The position numbers and the translations under genes are program-made. A stretch of DNA of 63,731 nt, counting the filler, from Octopus bimaculoides (Eukaryota), in the NCBI RefSeq assembly GCF_001194135.2. It is 5 parts of 5 records of this genome, joined end to end, with 100 filler letters (N's around TTAATTAATTAA, not from the genome) between each part and the next. Parts side by side here need not be neighbours in the genome. Positions count along the whole stretch, not along the records: positions 1 to 31,087 come from NC_069000.1; 4 more parts are not named here. One strand, given 5' to 3'. Each line of letters opens with the position of its first letter. Position 1 is the stretch's first letter. Under the pieces are notes generated by a model. It searched no databases. It had not been told where the DNA came from and saw only the letters and a program-made list of their open reading frames with translations. This document shows, piece after piece, positions 1 through 12,027 of the stretch.

Positions 1-60
1 TATATACATGTATATATGTGTATATGTATGTGTGCGTGCATGTATGTATGTATACATATA

Positions 61-290
61 CAGACTGTTCGAGCTAAATTTGACAGTGTGCATTAAGGCA
101 AATTTCCCACCCAAAAATATAAGTATTTTTAAAAAGTCAAAATTCACGAAGATTATGGCCGGAAGATAATATTTAACTCAAAGATGCCACCCTCGGCTTC
201 TACCACGGCCTCATAATTTCTGCAGAACCTGGCGCATGCATTCTTCACTGTTTCTCTAGGAATATCTTCGATGAATGCTGCCTTTCAACG
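61..290 (-). mobile_element. Tc1/mariner-type transposon 3' remnant (transposase C-terminus plus terminal TA|CAG)
   Basis: The minus strand reads AAFIEDIPRETVKNACARFCRNYEAVVEAEGGIFE, resembling the Tc1/mariner C-terminal helix ending in GG-x-x-E. The element end is TA followed by CAG at 59-63. Confidence 0.65.
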
Positions 291-634
291 ATGTATTACA
301 TTAAGTTTGATACATAGATAGCTATTCTAATTTAATACCGCTTCTATTGAATGTAATGGATATGTACAAATATTGACCTACATCGCGTGGAAACAATGGT
401 AGTGATTAAAAGATAAATGTCCAACAAATGTAGTGATTAAAAGATAAATGACTTCTTGTTAACTCCAATTATTTCAATTATCTATTCACACACAACAGAT
501 GCTCAAACGCAAACCTGGAAGTACTTATAGCACAGGGTAAGACGGAATGTGGGCGAGCTTTATACTGTACTCTACTACGTTCTTAACAGAATATACCATA
601 ACTATATATGTGTGTGTGTGTGCGTGTGTGAGTA

Positions 635-672
<38 letters not shown>

Positions 673-1039
673 AGAAAGAGATGATACAGGAAAACCTTTA
701 TCCCGCGGACAGAGTCCTCGGTAAAGGATTCCGAGTGTAAGTTCAAATCAGTTGATCGCTNNNNNNNNNNNNNNNNNNNNNNNNNNNNNNNNNNNNNNNN
801 NNNNNNNNNNNNNNNNNNNNNNNNNNNNNNNNNNNNNNNNNNNNNNNNNNNNNNNNNNNNNNNNNNNNNNNNNNNNNNNNNNNNNNNNNNNNNNNNNNNN
901 NNNNNNNNNNNNNNNNNNNNNNNNNNNNNNNNNNNNNNNNNNNNNNNNNNNNNNNNNNNNNNNNNNNNNNNNNNNCTATTTAAAAGTAAACAATTTCTTG
1001 TATAAAAAGTCGATGCACAATTCTATATAAATGGAGAAA

Positions 1040-3300
1040 ATAATCTTTATTTTAAGTTACTTTAAAAATACATCACCCCCAACTGAAGAAATCTAACACC
1101 CCTGCAAAATTCTAATAAGGAAGTTCACAATGCCTACTCAAGTTTATACCAAACTTGGTGTGCTGACTTAGTGCAATGCAGTAGCAGTATATCTCAAATT
1201 TCAGCTTTAAGTAGTTTAATAGTTATAGTTTCTAATTTGTTACCACTTAGGCCCTACTTCGTTTCTTTTTTATTTTTGTGACGCTAAAAACTCTGAATAT
1301 ATTGACTGTTTTTCAGAATAGTAGGCTTATCCAACTAGAGTATCTAAAATAATGTCTCATAAGAAAAGTGCTTGTGTCACTCAAAGAAACAAAAAAATCT
1401 GGACGAAGAATCTCGTACAATCTTAAGACTCACATAGGAAAAGAAGACCTGTTCCTCTAGAAGAGCATTCTTTGGAAAACAAGTGCTGGATACCAACGAA
1501 ACTTCAAATTGTCGGTCGCTACCTATTCCTTGGAGGCACCATCAAAGGAAGGAAAGAAAGAACAAAGTAAATTTCAAAAGAAGTAACTTTTTTATGGCAA
1601 AAAAAAAAATTAAATTCCCCATATTTATCAATTCAAAATGTACAAGCAAAAGTAGAAAAAGTGTAAATGTGTAAAACGAGGAAAATACGATTCATTAAAA
1701 GGAATTTTTGACATCACAAAGGAAAACGGTGAATGGCAGTGCAGTAAGGATAGAAGGCTATATTATCTTCAAATTGAAAACAATGGACAGGTTGGGTATG
1801 CAACTGGAAAGGCAGCCAGTTCCAAAACTATCCATCCCTCCAAAAGAAGAAAAGTGTCCTTAATGCCAACTTTAACCAGAGCAACTCCAGTGTCATCGTC
1901 AACGTCTGACGCAGAAACTGAATGTCAATATCAAGAGTCCGAAAAATCAGATGAGCAAAACTGGAACTGTAACCAAGTTAGTAATACCTTCTAAGCTATC
2001 AACCCAAAAAACAGCCACAGTTTGTCGTCAATTATCTCAAAATGGAATCAATTTCAATACTCCTTCCCAATCTGGTATTTACAGATCGACTATCAAAGAA
2101 GCGGTTAAACTACAAAAGAAAATGAAGAAAACATTACATTTAGAAAATTGTTCATTGCATTTTGATGGTAAACGTATTGATGACCAAGAATACCAAGTCC
2201 TAGTTTGAAAGAATGAACAGAGAAGTCAGAAGCACTCCAATTTCCAAATGGTAAAGCCAATACTGTTGCGAAAGGAATAAACAGCTGTTTTAGATGAATG
2301 CAATTTATGGAACTGTGTAAAGAAGATTGCCGCTGATAGAACGAGTGTGAACCCTGAGAAAAGAAATGGTTTTCTCATTCAGTTGCTAAGACTGCTTGCT
2401 AAAACGGGTTTGAAAGAACCACAATTTATTGGTTATCCGCATCATATCCTTGATAGATTTCTTCGTGTGGTAATGAATAACGAACTTGGAGAAAAAAAGA
2501 GAAAAATCTCCCAATATTGAATATACATTCATTCCAGAGCTTCTAAGTAATTACGAGAAACTCCAGGCTAATTTCAACAATGGCGAAGAAAACGCTACTG
2601 AATCAGCAGGATGGCGAGATGACATGAAATTTTTATTTCATTTGACCAAAGGCTTTCGTTTCTTTGAAGAAACCGGCAATTTTTCTACTGTAAGGTTTCA
2701 AAAAATACCCAACTTAAGTAATGCAAGATGGAATTCTCGAGCAATATTACCTCTTTTAGAATTTATTGTTCTACCAGATAAAAAGTATTTTGCTTCTCAA
2801 TTTTTCTAACATTCAGCACCCTTTTTCTTATACAGTTATTTAAAATTGGAATAAAACCCAGAAAGTTAAAAATATGTATTGTTTTTAATTTTGTATGTTA
2901 TTGAATGTTTGTAGTGGCCTCTATCTTAAAATAGCCTAGTTTTGAACCTTTACATAGAGCAATTTGAATTCGGTGATCTTAAAAATGTATAAATACACTT
3001 TTATTTCACGTCTCTCTTGCGTTTACAAGAATTTAGAAAGCGGAAATACTGAAGTATGAATCTAGTGCCACCTAGTGATTATAGTTTTAAAAGCCCATAA
3101 CTCCGAAACTACTTCAACTAGAAAGTTGAAATTTCAGATATACTATTTCTGCATTGCATTGAGTCAGCACACCAAGTTTGGTAAACACTTGAGCAGGCAT
3201 TATGAACCCCACCTAGAAGTTTGCATGATATGGGTGAAAAGCGGTGATCAATTGCTGAAGCTGAGGGTGACATGTTTTTCAAGTAAAGAAAAATAAATGT
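1040..3300 (+). mobile_element. Decayed DDE DNA transposon, hAT-like (hATm-type motifs), with long degenerate inverted repeats
   Basis: Broken frames carry LHFDGK (ORF 1951-2208), IAADRTSVN, FIGYPHHILD and SNARWNSRA (ORF 2486-2809), matching the WDGK / DTTxxN / CxHH / ARW motif series. 1128-1205 is an inverted copy of 3127-3204 (ccaaacttggtgtgctgact / agtcagcacaccaagtttgg), with weaker similarity out to ~1040 and ~3295. Multiple stops and frameshifts. Confidence 0.65.
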
Positions 3301-3489
3301 TAGTTTCCTGACTTCTATGAAATTATTCATCGAATTACAGTATAGGGTTATTAGGTTGTGGAAAAGTCAAAACTCTGATATATATATATATATATATATG
3401 TATGTATATATGTATGTATGTATGTGTGTGTGTATTCATGTATGTACATACATTTGCATATAGGTGTTTCTTTCTATTAAAATTTGTAG

Positions 3490-3634
3490 ACGGTTGATGT
3501 TGGTGGATCCATGTTTGTCCATGCTTTTGGTGCCTACTTTGGATTGGCTGCCAGCCGCGTTTTATATAACCCAGAAATTGAAGACTCGAAAAAGGAAGGA
3601 GCTGTGTACCATTCTGACGTTTTCGCAATGATCG
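3490..3634 (+). CDS. Rh50: Rh-type ammonium/ammonia transporter, internal coding exon (first in window)
   Basis: tttgtag acceptor and G|gtaata donor (phase 1). Encodes [48 protein letters not shown], with the Rh DxGxSM and HAFGAYFGL motifs (first pore His). Confidence 0.96.
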
Positions 3635-3924
3635 GTAATATATATTTTTCGTATAACTTTCATATCTCTCTTTCGTCTTTCTTTCTCGCCTTCTGTTCTT
3701 GTCTATATTTTTGTTGTATTCGTATATATTCAGATTCATGTCATTGCTTCTTCTATTCTAATAAGTATGCAATCAGTAGTAATAGTGTGCCTCCTCTTCC
3801 TCCACTAGTTGTTGTTGAAATTAAGACCAATCATAAATATATGATCGCTTCAAATTTAACACAATGTCAAGAATTTTTCTGAAGATGGTGCTGGTCGATA
3901 ACGTCGAAACCATTATCTGAGGGG

Positions 3925-4025
3925 TACCTTATATTCTCAATTCTGGAGGGATGCAAAGCAAAGCTGCCTTCGGTGGGGTTTGAACTCAGAATGTAAAGTG
4001 CAGAAAGAAACCCTGCAAGGTAGTT
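3925..4025 (-). mobile_element. Short interspersed repeat fragment (family C)
   Basis: gccttcggtggggtttgaactcagaatgtaaag, similar to the segments at 15840-16025, 16430-16560, 37860-38000, 50690-50900 and 58630-58820. Confidence 0.55.
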
Positions 4026-4675
4026 TTGCTCAGCTTAAAGAAATTAGACCCTGAATTGTCAGTCAGAAATTGAAACCAGAGCCTGGGTGTTTCGGAAAGC
4101 TCTTTTCTTTTGTTCTGAAGAACGCGAACTAGGAGATGTATGAGAGTCATCTGTCAACTCCTGACCATTGTCAGTGAAGTGCAGTTCATCTTAGATAATA
4201 CACGAAATATCTTTTGTTACCTGCTACTTAGTTTTGTTATAAATACAGAACGCTAAGCAGAATTCTACCACTCTGTATCTGGCTAGGCACCTCCTATAGA
4301 GATAACATGCCTACTTTCTTTTTACTCAGCCCTGTCAGAAAATTAAGATGTGTCGCCCGCTCATTACTTGGTGGCTGTCATGAAGGTAGCATACTTCCCT
4401 TACATTTGCTTCAGCCACTTACTAGGAAGCTACAATGATCAGTGATATCAATATGAAGGACAACAGAACCGCTACCAGCGTTTATGTATATTAATAGCAA
4501 GTTGGTGTAGTTGTTTGGCCTCGTAACGTAAAATAAGTTATATTAAGTACGATACTTCTTCCGTCATCTATTTCCGTAGACTATGAATTTACCAGCATGC
4601 AGCTTTTGCTTCGTCTCTGAACTTCATCATATGTGTGTATATAGGTGTGTTCCCCCACTAAAATATTTTCTACCT

Positions 4676-4721
<46 letters not shown>

Positions 4722-5484
4722 TAACATAAATAATATATAAATATATGCATATATCCATACATATATGTACATACCTACATCTATATGTATAGATACATGC
4801 ATATATGGGTACAGGACATCACAAAAAACGTTAAACACAATNNNNNNNNNNCAACATAAAGAATATTTCCCTTCTTCAGCTGTCCCTGTTCCATCTACTC
4901 CGCGTTTCGAAGGCAAGGACAATACGTGACTTCGTTGGAACAGTCCTTCCCGCAAAGAAAATTAAATAAAATTTGGAATTTTTTGCGGAGGTGAAAGTGT
5001 AAACAAGAAGAGGACAGTGAGAATAAGACAGAACAGTGATATATATATATATATATAAATATATATAGTAAAGGGGCTTGTAATGATTCCTAGGAGGTTT
5101 GATGGCTGAACTGAGATCTCTATTAGCAAAGTAAAGAGACCTAACAATAATAATATAAAATGGAATAATAAACATGTGAACCCTCTAGGGGCAATGAATA
5201 TAGTCGACATATAGGGGATAATAGATAATAATTTTAAAATTAATAACTAAATTAATAGATAAATAAATTAATAAATAAATAAATTAATTAATTAAATAAA
5301 TTAATTAATCTAGTGGACATTCACAGGAGAGCAATAAAAATAGAAAATTAAGGAGTTACCTCCCCTATAATAACGGGAAAATGGTGGACCGAAACGGGAT
5401 CTTAATATTTTAATATTTTAATAATTTAATAATTTAATATGATCGTTATGCATGTGTTTTTTTCGTGTTTTGTTCCGATGGTAA

Positions 5485-5534
5485 CCATTCCTGAAGAAGT
5501 GCCAAATGTCGAAATCCAATGGACCAGTCACTGG
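5485..5534 (+). ncRNA. Decayed type I hammerhead ribozyme-like motif (PLE pseudo-LTR remnant)
   Basis: CTGAAGA (5491-5497), GAAA (5511-5514), GTC (5527-5529) and ACTGG (5530-5534), partly complementary to CCATT (5485-5489). Stem III looks 4 nt short and stem II does not pair. AATAAA lies ~40 nt downstream. Confidence 0.4.
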
Positions 5535-6171
5535 ATAAGTTTAGGCACAGAAATGTTGACATAGAGTGGTAAATAAATCGATCTTGGATATATCGAGTTT
5601 GAAGTTTCTATCTCTTTTAAATATACAAATTTAAAAGTTAAAANNNNNNNNNNNNNNNNNNNNNNNNNNNNNNNNNNNNNNNNNNNNNNNNNNNNNNNNN
5701 NNNNNNNNNNNNNNNNNNNNNNNNNNNNNNNNNNNNNNNNNNNNNNNNNNNNNNNNNNNNNNNNNNNNNNNNNNNNNNNNNNNNNNNNNNNNNNNNNNNN
5801 NNNNNNNNNNNNNNNNNNNNNNNNNNNNNNNNNNNNNNNNNNNNNNNNNNNNNNNNNNNNNNNNNNNNNNNNNNNNNNNNNNNNNNNNNNNNNNNNNNNN
5901 NNNNNNNNNNNNNNNNNNNNNNNNNNNNNNNNNNNNNNNNNNNNNNNNNNNNNNNNNNNNNNNNNNNNNNNNNNNNNNNNNNNNNNNNNNNNNNNNNNNN
6001 NNNNNNNNNNNNNNNNNNNNNNNNNNNNNNNNNNNNNNNNNNNNNNNNNNNNNNNNNNNNNNNNNNNNNNNNNNNNNNNNNNNNNNNNNNNNNNNNNNNN
6101 NNNNNNNNNNNNNNNNNNNNNNNNNNNNNNNNNNNNNNNNNNNNNNNNNNNNNNNNNNNNNNNNNNNNNNN

Positions 6172-6223
<52 letters not shown>

Positions 6224-6307
6224 GTACGTATGTATATATATGTATGTTTGTATGTATGTATGTATACACACACATATATACATACATATTTATATATATA
6301 GATGCAG

Positions 6308-6442
6308 TTGCGGCTGTATAGTAACTAACTTGCTTCCCAACCACATGATTCCAGGTTTAGCCCCACTGCGTGGTACTATAGCATCGGGGCCCCCAAAGAT
6401 TTGTGAGTGGATTTGGTGGACGGAAACTGAAAGAAGCCTGTC

Positions 6443-6445
<3 letters not shown>
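6308..6445 (+). mobile_element. tRNA-derived SINE, family A (octopus OR/OK-like), 5' part
   Basis: Degenerate tRNA-like head followed by gtgagtggatttggtggacggaaactgaaagaagcc and a (TA)n/(TG)n tail. The same unit recurs about ten times in the window. Confidence 0.75.
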
Positions 6446-6504
<59 letters not shown>

Positions 6505-6680
6505 GTGTGCGTGTGCACGCACACATACGCATCTATTGTCTGTGTTGGCGCACGCACGCATACAAACACACAAACATACGCACACATATGAACACGCAGA
6601 GGTTCTTTCGTCTTATTTCAGTATTTACTTTTGTTCCTTGTCTTGTGCTTTTCTATGTGAAATCCCATCACATATTTCAG

Positions 6681-6844
6681 GTACTCTCTTCCTCTGGCTG
6701 TTTTGGCCCAGTTTCAACAGTGCTCTGGCCTTAGGAGATGACCGTGAGAGGGCTTTGATCAACACATACTATGCTCTAGCGGCCTGCTGTGTAGTTAGCT
6801 TTGCTGTGTCATCCTTACTGGACAAGAAAAGTAGACTGGACATG
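6681..6844 (+). CDS. Rh50: Rh-type ammonium transporter, exon 2 in window
   Basis: tttcag acceptor and gtaagt donor (phase 1 to 0). Encodes (G)[54 protein letters not shown], with the Rh/Amt WxFWPSFNS signature. Confidence 0.97.
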
Positions 6845-6865
6845 GTAAGTACAAGGTGTTTGTTG

Positions 6866-7009
6866 GGACGATGATGATGGTCATGATGATGATCATCATC
6901 ATCATGAGGATGATGATAATGATGGAAGTGGTGGTGAGTAGTAGTAGTAGCTGTAATAGTAGTAGTAATAGTAGTAGTAGTGGTAGTAGAAGTAGCAGTA
7001 GTAGTAGTG

Positions 7010-7058
<49 letters not shown>

Positions 7059-7082
7059 TAGTAGTAGTAGTTGTTGTTGTGT
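6866..7082. repeat. Compound trinucleotide microsatellite (ATG/ATC, AGT/AGC, GTT)
   Basis: Directly visible. Begins ~20 nt after the exon 2 donor. Confidence 0.9.
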
Positions 7083-7260
7083 TGGCGATAGATTGATAAC
7101 ATTTTATATGAAGTTAGGGATTATTATATTTGATGTAATGATAATGGAGACGATAAGATGTGAATAAACACACACGCGTAAACACTCGCACACCCGCACG
7201 CACATATACATATAGATAGATATAATATAGGAGATGGATTTCGTATTTGACTTTTATTAG

Positions 7261-7305
7261 GTACAACATATGTTTCGACCCATCAGTCTGGGTTCCTTCA
7301 GGTAC
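7261..7305 (-). ncRNA. Minimal type I hammerhead-like motif, decayed core
   Basis: Minus strand GTAC CTGAAGG A ACCC agactgat GGGT C GAAA CATATG TT GTAC, then AATAAA. Stem I is 4 bp, stem II is 4 bp and stem III is palindromic. A9 and 10.1 deviate from consensus. Confidence 0.6.
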
Positions 7306-7677
7306 ATTGATAAAGAAGTCTCACTAGAGATTTTTAGTGCCGGCTGCCTAGTTGTTATCTGCCCATCAAGTTAGGGAATGAAAAAAAACAAATGGTACTA
7401 TGGAAACCCCAAAATTCAAATACAAACGTGGAAATCTTGCGTTCCAGTTTATATAAAAATGACTTAATCAGCTTTCGCTGTCATAACTGCTTACAGGTAA
7501 AATAAAGTAGAAGGAGAAAGGAAGATTAATGCTTAAACAAGTAATCTCATGTTCGTGCATATACATACAGACGGACAGAGGGACAGAAACATGTATACAT
7601 ACATATATATATATAGTACTCGAATACCAGAGGTAGAGTAATATGCTTTATTAAAAAGTGGCAAAAATATCACAAAG

Positions 7678-7716
7678 ACTGTTACTCAGAGTTTCACGCT
7701 TCCGTTCGTCGGACAG

Positions 7717-7717
<1 letters not shown>
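7678..7717 (-). ncRNA. Minimal type I hammerhead ribozyme motif with U4C variant, within a ~100-bp mini-element (7617-7717)
   Basis: Minus strand ACTGT CCGACGA ACG GAAG CGT GAAA CTC T GAG TA ACAGT. All three stems pair, the triplet is GUA, and AATAAA lies ~25 nt downstream. Flanked by (CTAT)n and (TA)n. Confidence 0.72.
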
Positions 7718-7773
<56 letters not shown>

Positions 7774-7774
7774 C

Positions 7775-7832
<58 letters not shown>
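7718..7832. repeat. (CTAT)n then (AT)n microsatellite
   Basis: Directly visible. Further (CTAT)n tracts occur at ~23054-23126, ~24597-24750 and ~35078-35160. Confidence 0.9.
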
Positions 7833-7841
<9 letters not shown>

Positions 7842-8179
7842 TGCATACATGTATATACATATACATACATAAGCATACACATACACACATGTATACATAC
7901 ATATACACACATACATAATACATATGTATATATATATACATATATAGAGTGAGAGAGATATATATGAATAAATAGATAGGTAGCATATGCATATACTCAT
8001 ATATACATATACGCGCACATACATATATATACATATATACATATTCACGCACACACACACACACACGAAGACAAACACATACACACTTACATACACACAC
8101 GCACACACATATATATACACATATAGATTCACATACATACATATGTACATACATATATTTATATACATTTACACAGTTG

Positions 8180-9295
8180 GATTGTAAAATTACATGTTAT
8201 TCGGAGACGGTTCTTTTTTAGTAGGATGAGGTTTTAACTCCGGAGTGGACGGTGTTTGGTTTGTATCAGTTAGGTATGGTTTAGATTGTAGTATGTGAAT
8301 GTATTTAGCTGCATGCTGGCACCTGGGTAATTGTTCTGTAAATCTGTTTATAATTCTGTCCTTTGTTAATAATATCGGAAGTGACTCTTCGGAACATAAC
8401 TGGCATTTTCGGGATAATGTGTTATCGGGAGTTGCATGTCTACTGATGAGCATAATTGTTTTTTTGTTTGTTTGTTTGCTTGTGTGCAGTGAGCACTAGA
8501 TGAATTGGTTCTATTCAGTATATTCGTGGTCATAGTTATCCTATTATTATTACAATTTCTGGGTGTGTTAGTGTTGTTGTTTGAATTGTTGCTGGTGTGA
8601 TGCTTTGGCTGGTCATTGTAGATGTTGTAGTTCTTTTTTCTCGGTTGGTTGGTATTATAGTTCGAGTCATTGTCACTTTGATGTATTAATTGTTTTTTAT
8701 TAGCATTGTCTCTAGGTCGGTTATATGAATCACTGTCAATTTTTGAGGGTTTATTTCGAGTGCAGTCTTTTCGCTGTCTTAGTTTCCGATTATTTATCCT
8801 AGGAATGTGGTGTTCTATATTTGATGAATTAATATAGGGCAGTTTTACAGAGTGACGGTTGAATATTTTGCTGTACGCTCCGTTTTTAGGGAAGCTACGA
8901 TCGATTGCAGCGAGGAATTGTTTCGCGAACTTGAATGAGATGTTCGAGCCCCAGATTGGGTTATACCAGAGGATATCGTGGTTTTTGTCTTTTCTGTCAG
9001 GTCTGTTTGTTCAGGTGTTTGGAGTGGCGTTGGGATTTTGTGGTCTTAGGTGTTTAATGTGTTGCCTGTTGCTAGTTTTCTCTAACGCAGAGTTGCTTCT
9101 TATGTATCTACGTTTGGTTAGTCATTTCTTGCGGTTTGGGATTCTATTATCTAGGTTATTAACTTTATGCGTGTGGTTAGTATTGTGTCTGGTAAGGTTA
9201 TTATAATGATTCGTACTATTATAATGATTCGTACTATTACTCATTAAGTTACGAGAGTTATTATCATTACTATACTACTACTACTACTACTACTG

Positions 9296-9337
<42 letters not shown>

Positions 9338-9600
9338 ATACTACTACTAGGGGCGTATTGGATTTTCCCACGGTATCCGGCCTTAGATAGGGCGTGTTTG
9401 TTGAATATATTCTCGTTGGCGGATAATCTAGATGTTCTGGCCGAGATGTTCTTAACTAGTTTCCTAATTATTGATGGTGGATGACTACATCCAGCGTTTA
9501 TGTATATTAGGCTCTCGTCAGGTTTATGAAACGGTTCGTGTAGACCAGTATCCAAATCGAAAGTAGCGTCTAGAAAGTTTACGGTATTCCCTATTTATGA
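8180..9600 (-). mobile_element. Penelope-like retroelement remnant (RT thumb, linker, C-terminal Cys/His motif), interrupted by (TAC)n
   Basis: The minus strand gives DTGLHEPFHKPDESLIYINAGCSHPPSIIRK, then ILWYNPIWGSNISFKFAKQFLAAIDRSFPKNGAYSKIFNRHSVKLPY, then RKCQLCSEESLPILLTKDRIINRFTEQLPRCQH. These are the typical post-RT motifs of PLEs. Confidence 0.8.
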
Positions 9601-9891
9601 TGATAGAGTCCGAAATTTAAAAATAAAATTTTTCTCGCTGTACTTTATTACAGCATTTGTGTATGAAGAATAATGCGTCATACCTGTATAGATCTCCACT
9701 TATTCCTGGAATATAAAATGTGCCAGTGTAGTACTCAACATTTAAACACACCAAACAGCTTATACTTATTTGTCCAAATTATTTATTATATATATATATA
9801 TGTTCAAAAAAGGAAAAAGACAAAAAAGAAAACAACAAAAAACAACGTGAGGACGTGATACAGATTGTGTTACTAGACGCTATATATGTAT

Positions 9892-9961
<70 letters not shown>

Positions 9962-10459
9962 GTTTATATACATATACATACATCTTTACATACACACATA
10001 CATACACACTCACTCACACATGCATATACCAATTGGCTTCGCAGCGGCTATTTGATAATCAGATATTAGATGACAGGGCTTCTTCTCAGAGGTGACAGCT
10101 ATGGAACAAATATGGAGACTGCTCTTGGTTATGGCCGGTGAGAAAATGTTACATCTGGTTTGTGGGTGGTGATGGTTAAGGAATTAGTATGCGTGTAGGG
10201 TTGGTATATTTTGTTGGGTTGCTTTAGAGGACTTTGGGCTGGGATCCAAAGCTGTAACCCCGTGTTTGGGCGTGTGTCTGTACGTGTTTATTTGTATAAA
10301 GTTTGATTAAAAACTTAGCTGGGTTCTCATGGTGTTATGATGTGAGAGCAGATAGTAGAGAACCTAGTTATTAGAGATAACAATAGTCACTAGGTTATCC
10401 ACCATCGTACAGTAGGTAAGAATATATATAACCTCTCTGATGTGGTCACACACTAAAAC

Positions 10460-10680
10460 TTCGTTCATGAAATTTAGGCTGAAGTGCTGAGAATTTTTCT
10501 AATATTATTTTCTCGGCTAAACATAACGTGCATTTCCTGCTTGTTCTTAAAATAAGGCTGGCACTTTTCAAAGATTTTCCAATTGAGATTGTAATCCGTA
10601 GTGCTTATTTTACTGCCCATAAATGTCTAGCCAGAGCTGGAGATTTGCGGATAATTTAATCATATTAGAGATCTCCGACT
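10460..10680 (-). mobile_element. Penelope-like endonuclease C-terminal fragment
   Basis: With frameshifts, the minus strand gives ALARHLWAVK...DYNLNWKIFEKCQPY...CTLCLAEKIIL. Confidence 0.6.
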
Positions 10681-11382
10681 AAACAATACCGCACCATCCA
10701 CCGTCCGCAATTTCGCTCGGAGAACCATAACACTCAGTATCACTTCGTTTTCAGCTTTATCTCTCTCGATGGCTTTCCCATCTGGTGCCTCTGACGGAAA
10801 TTACAACTTTTCTTCCAACTGCCGGCGACTCACCACCATCACTTAAGTTTCTGTAACTGCATACATTAATATAACTACACGCTAAACATTTCGTTATACA
10901 TACAGCAATTTACTAAACAAATACATACACAACATACACGTACACACATACATATTACATACTCATAAGACGTTTACAAACGTATACCCTGTGCACTTGC
11001 ACATACAAAGGTCAAGCTCATAACAAAGACCCGAAACACATACACGTACATAAAATAGCATATACATACATAAAATGGCATATACACACAGATAGTTACT
11101 TATCCCCTATCTCCATTGAAAGTTACTTTCTTAGTTGTAAAATTCATTTTCTTCACCTCGTCACTTTCGACTGAAATATGCAGTCTGTCCTTTAACTAAG
11201 AAACATGTTCCCATTTTCTTTTTTCTTCTACTTTTTTGAAGATACACAAACAATACGAAACGTAAGACGTTCTTAGGCTTTCTATCACTCCAGTTTAAAA
11301 GTAATATATCACATTTGCATTTCCATTGTGTTCATTTCTATTGTTTAATTTCGTATGTGTGCACGTGTGTATATGTGTGTGC

Positions 11383-11417
<35 letters not shown>

Positions 11418-11889
11418 NNNNNNNNNNNNNNNNNNNNNNNNNNNNNNNNNNNNNNNNNNNNNNNNNNNNNNNNNNNNNNNNNNNNNNNNNNNNNNNNNNN
11501 NNNNNNNNNNNNNNNNNNNNNNNNNNNNNNNNNNNNNNNNNNNNNNNNNNNNNNNNNNNNNNNNNNNNNNNNNNNNNNNNNNNNNNNNNNNNNNNNNNNN
11601 NNNNNNNNNNNNNNNNNNNNNNNNNNNNNNNNNNNNNNNNNNNNNNNNNNNNNNNNNNNNNNNNNNNNNNNNNNNNNNNNNNNNNNNNNNNNNNNNNNNN
11701 NNNNNNNNNNNNNNNNNNNNNNNNNNNNNNNNNNNNNNNNNNNNNNNNNNNNNNNNNNNNNNNNNNNNNNNNNNNNNNNNNATATATATATATATATATA
11801 TAAATGATGCTTATTTTTCATGCGTACATACATATGTATGTATATATCACTGAAGTACAATTTACTTCAAATTTTATCACATATTACAG

Positions 11890-12027
11890 GTTCATATCCA
11901 GAACGCTACTCTAGCTGGTGGAGTCGCCGTGGGTACCTCTGCAGATTTGATGATCCAACCTTATGGTGCAATAATTATAGGTTCAGTTGCTGGCTTGGTC
12001 TCTACTTTTGGCTACAAATATATAACA
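11890..12027 (+). CDS. Rh50: Rh-type ammonium transporter, exon 3 in window
   Basis: ttacag acceptor, gtaagt donor, 138 nt, phase 0/0. Encodes [46 protein letters not shown]. Confidence 0.97.

Noticed and set aside
1-3489. Upstream Rh exons (TM1-5 region) within the window
   Set aside because: No Rh-like peptide was found. The interval is transposon-derived, although the 761-976 gap cannot be read.
3879-3915. CTGAAGA...GAAA as a hammerhead
   Set aside because: Stems I, II and III do not pair.
4865-4915. Minus-strand GAAA...CTGAAGA as a permuted hammerhead
   Set aside because: Stem I does not form and the stem II register conflicts with the core.
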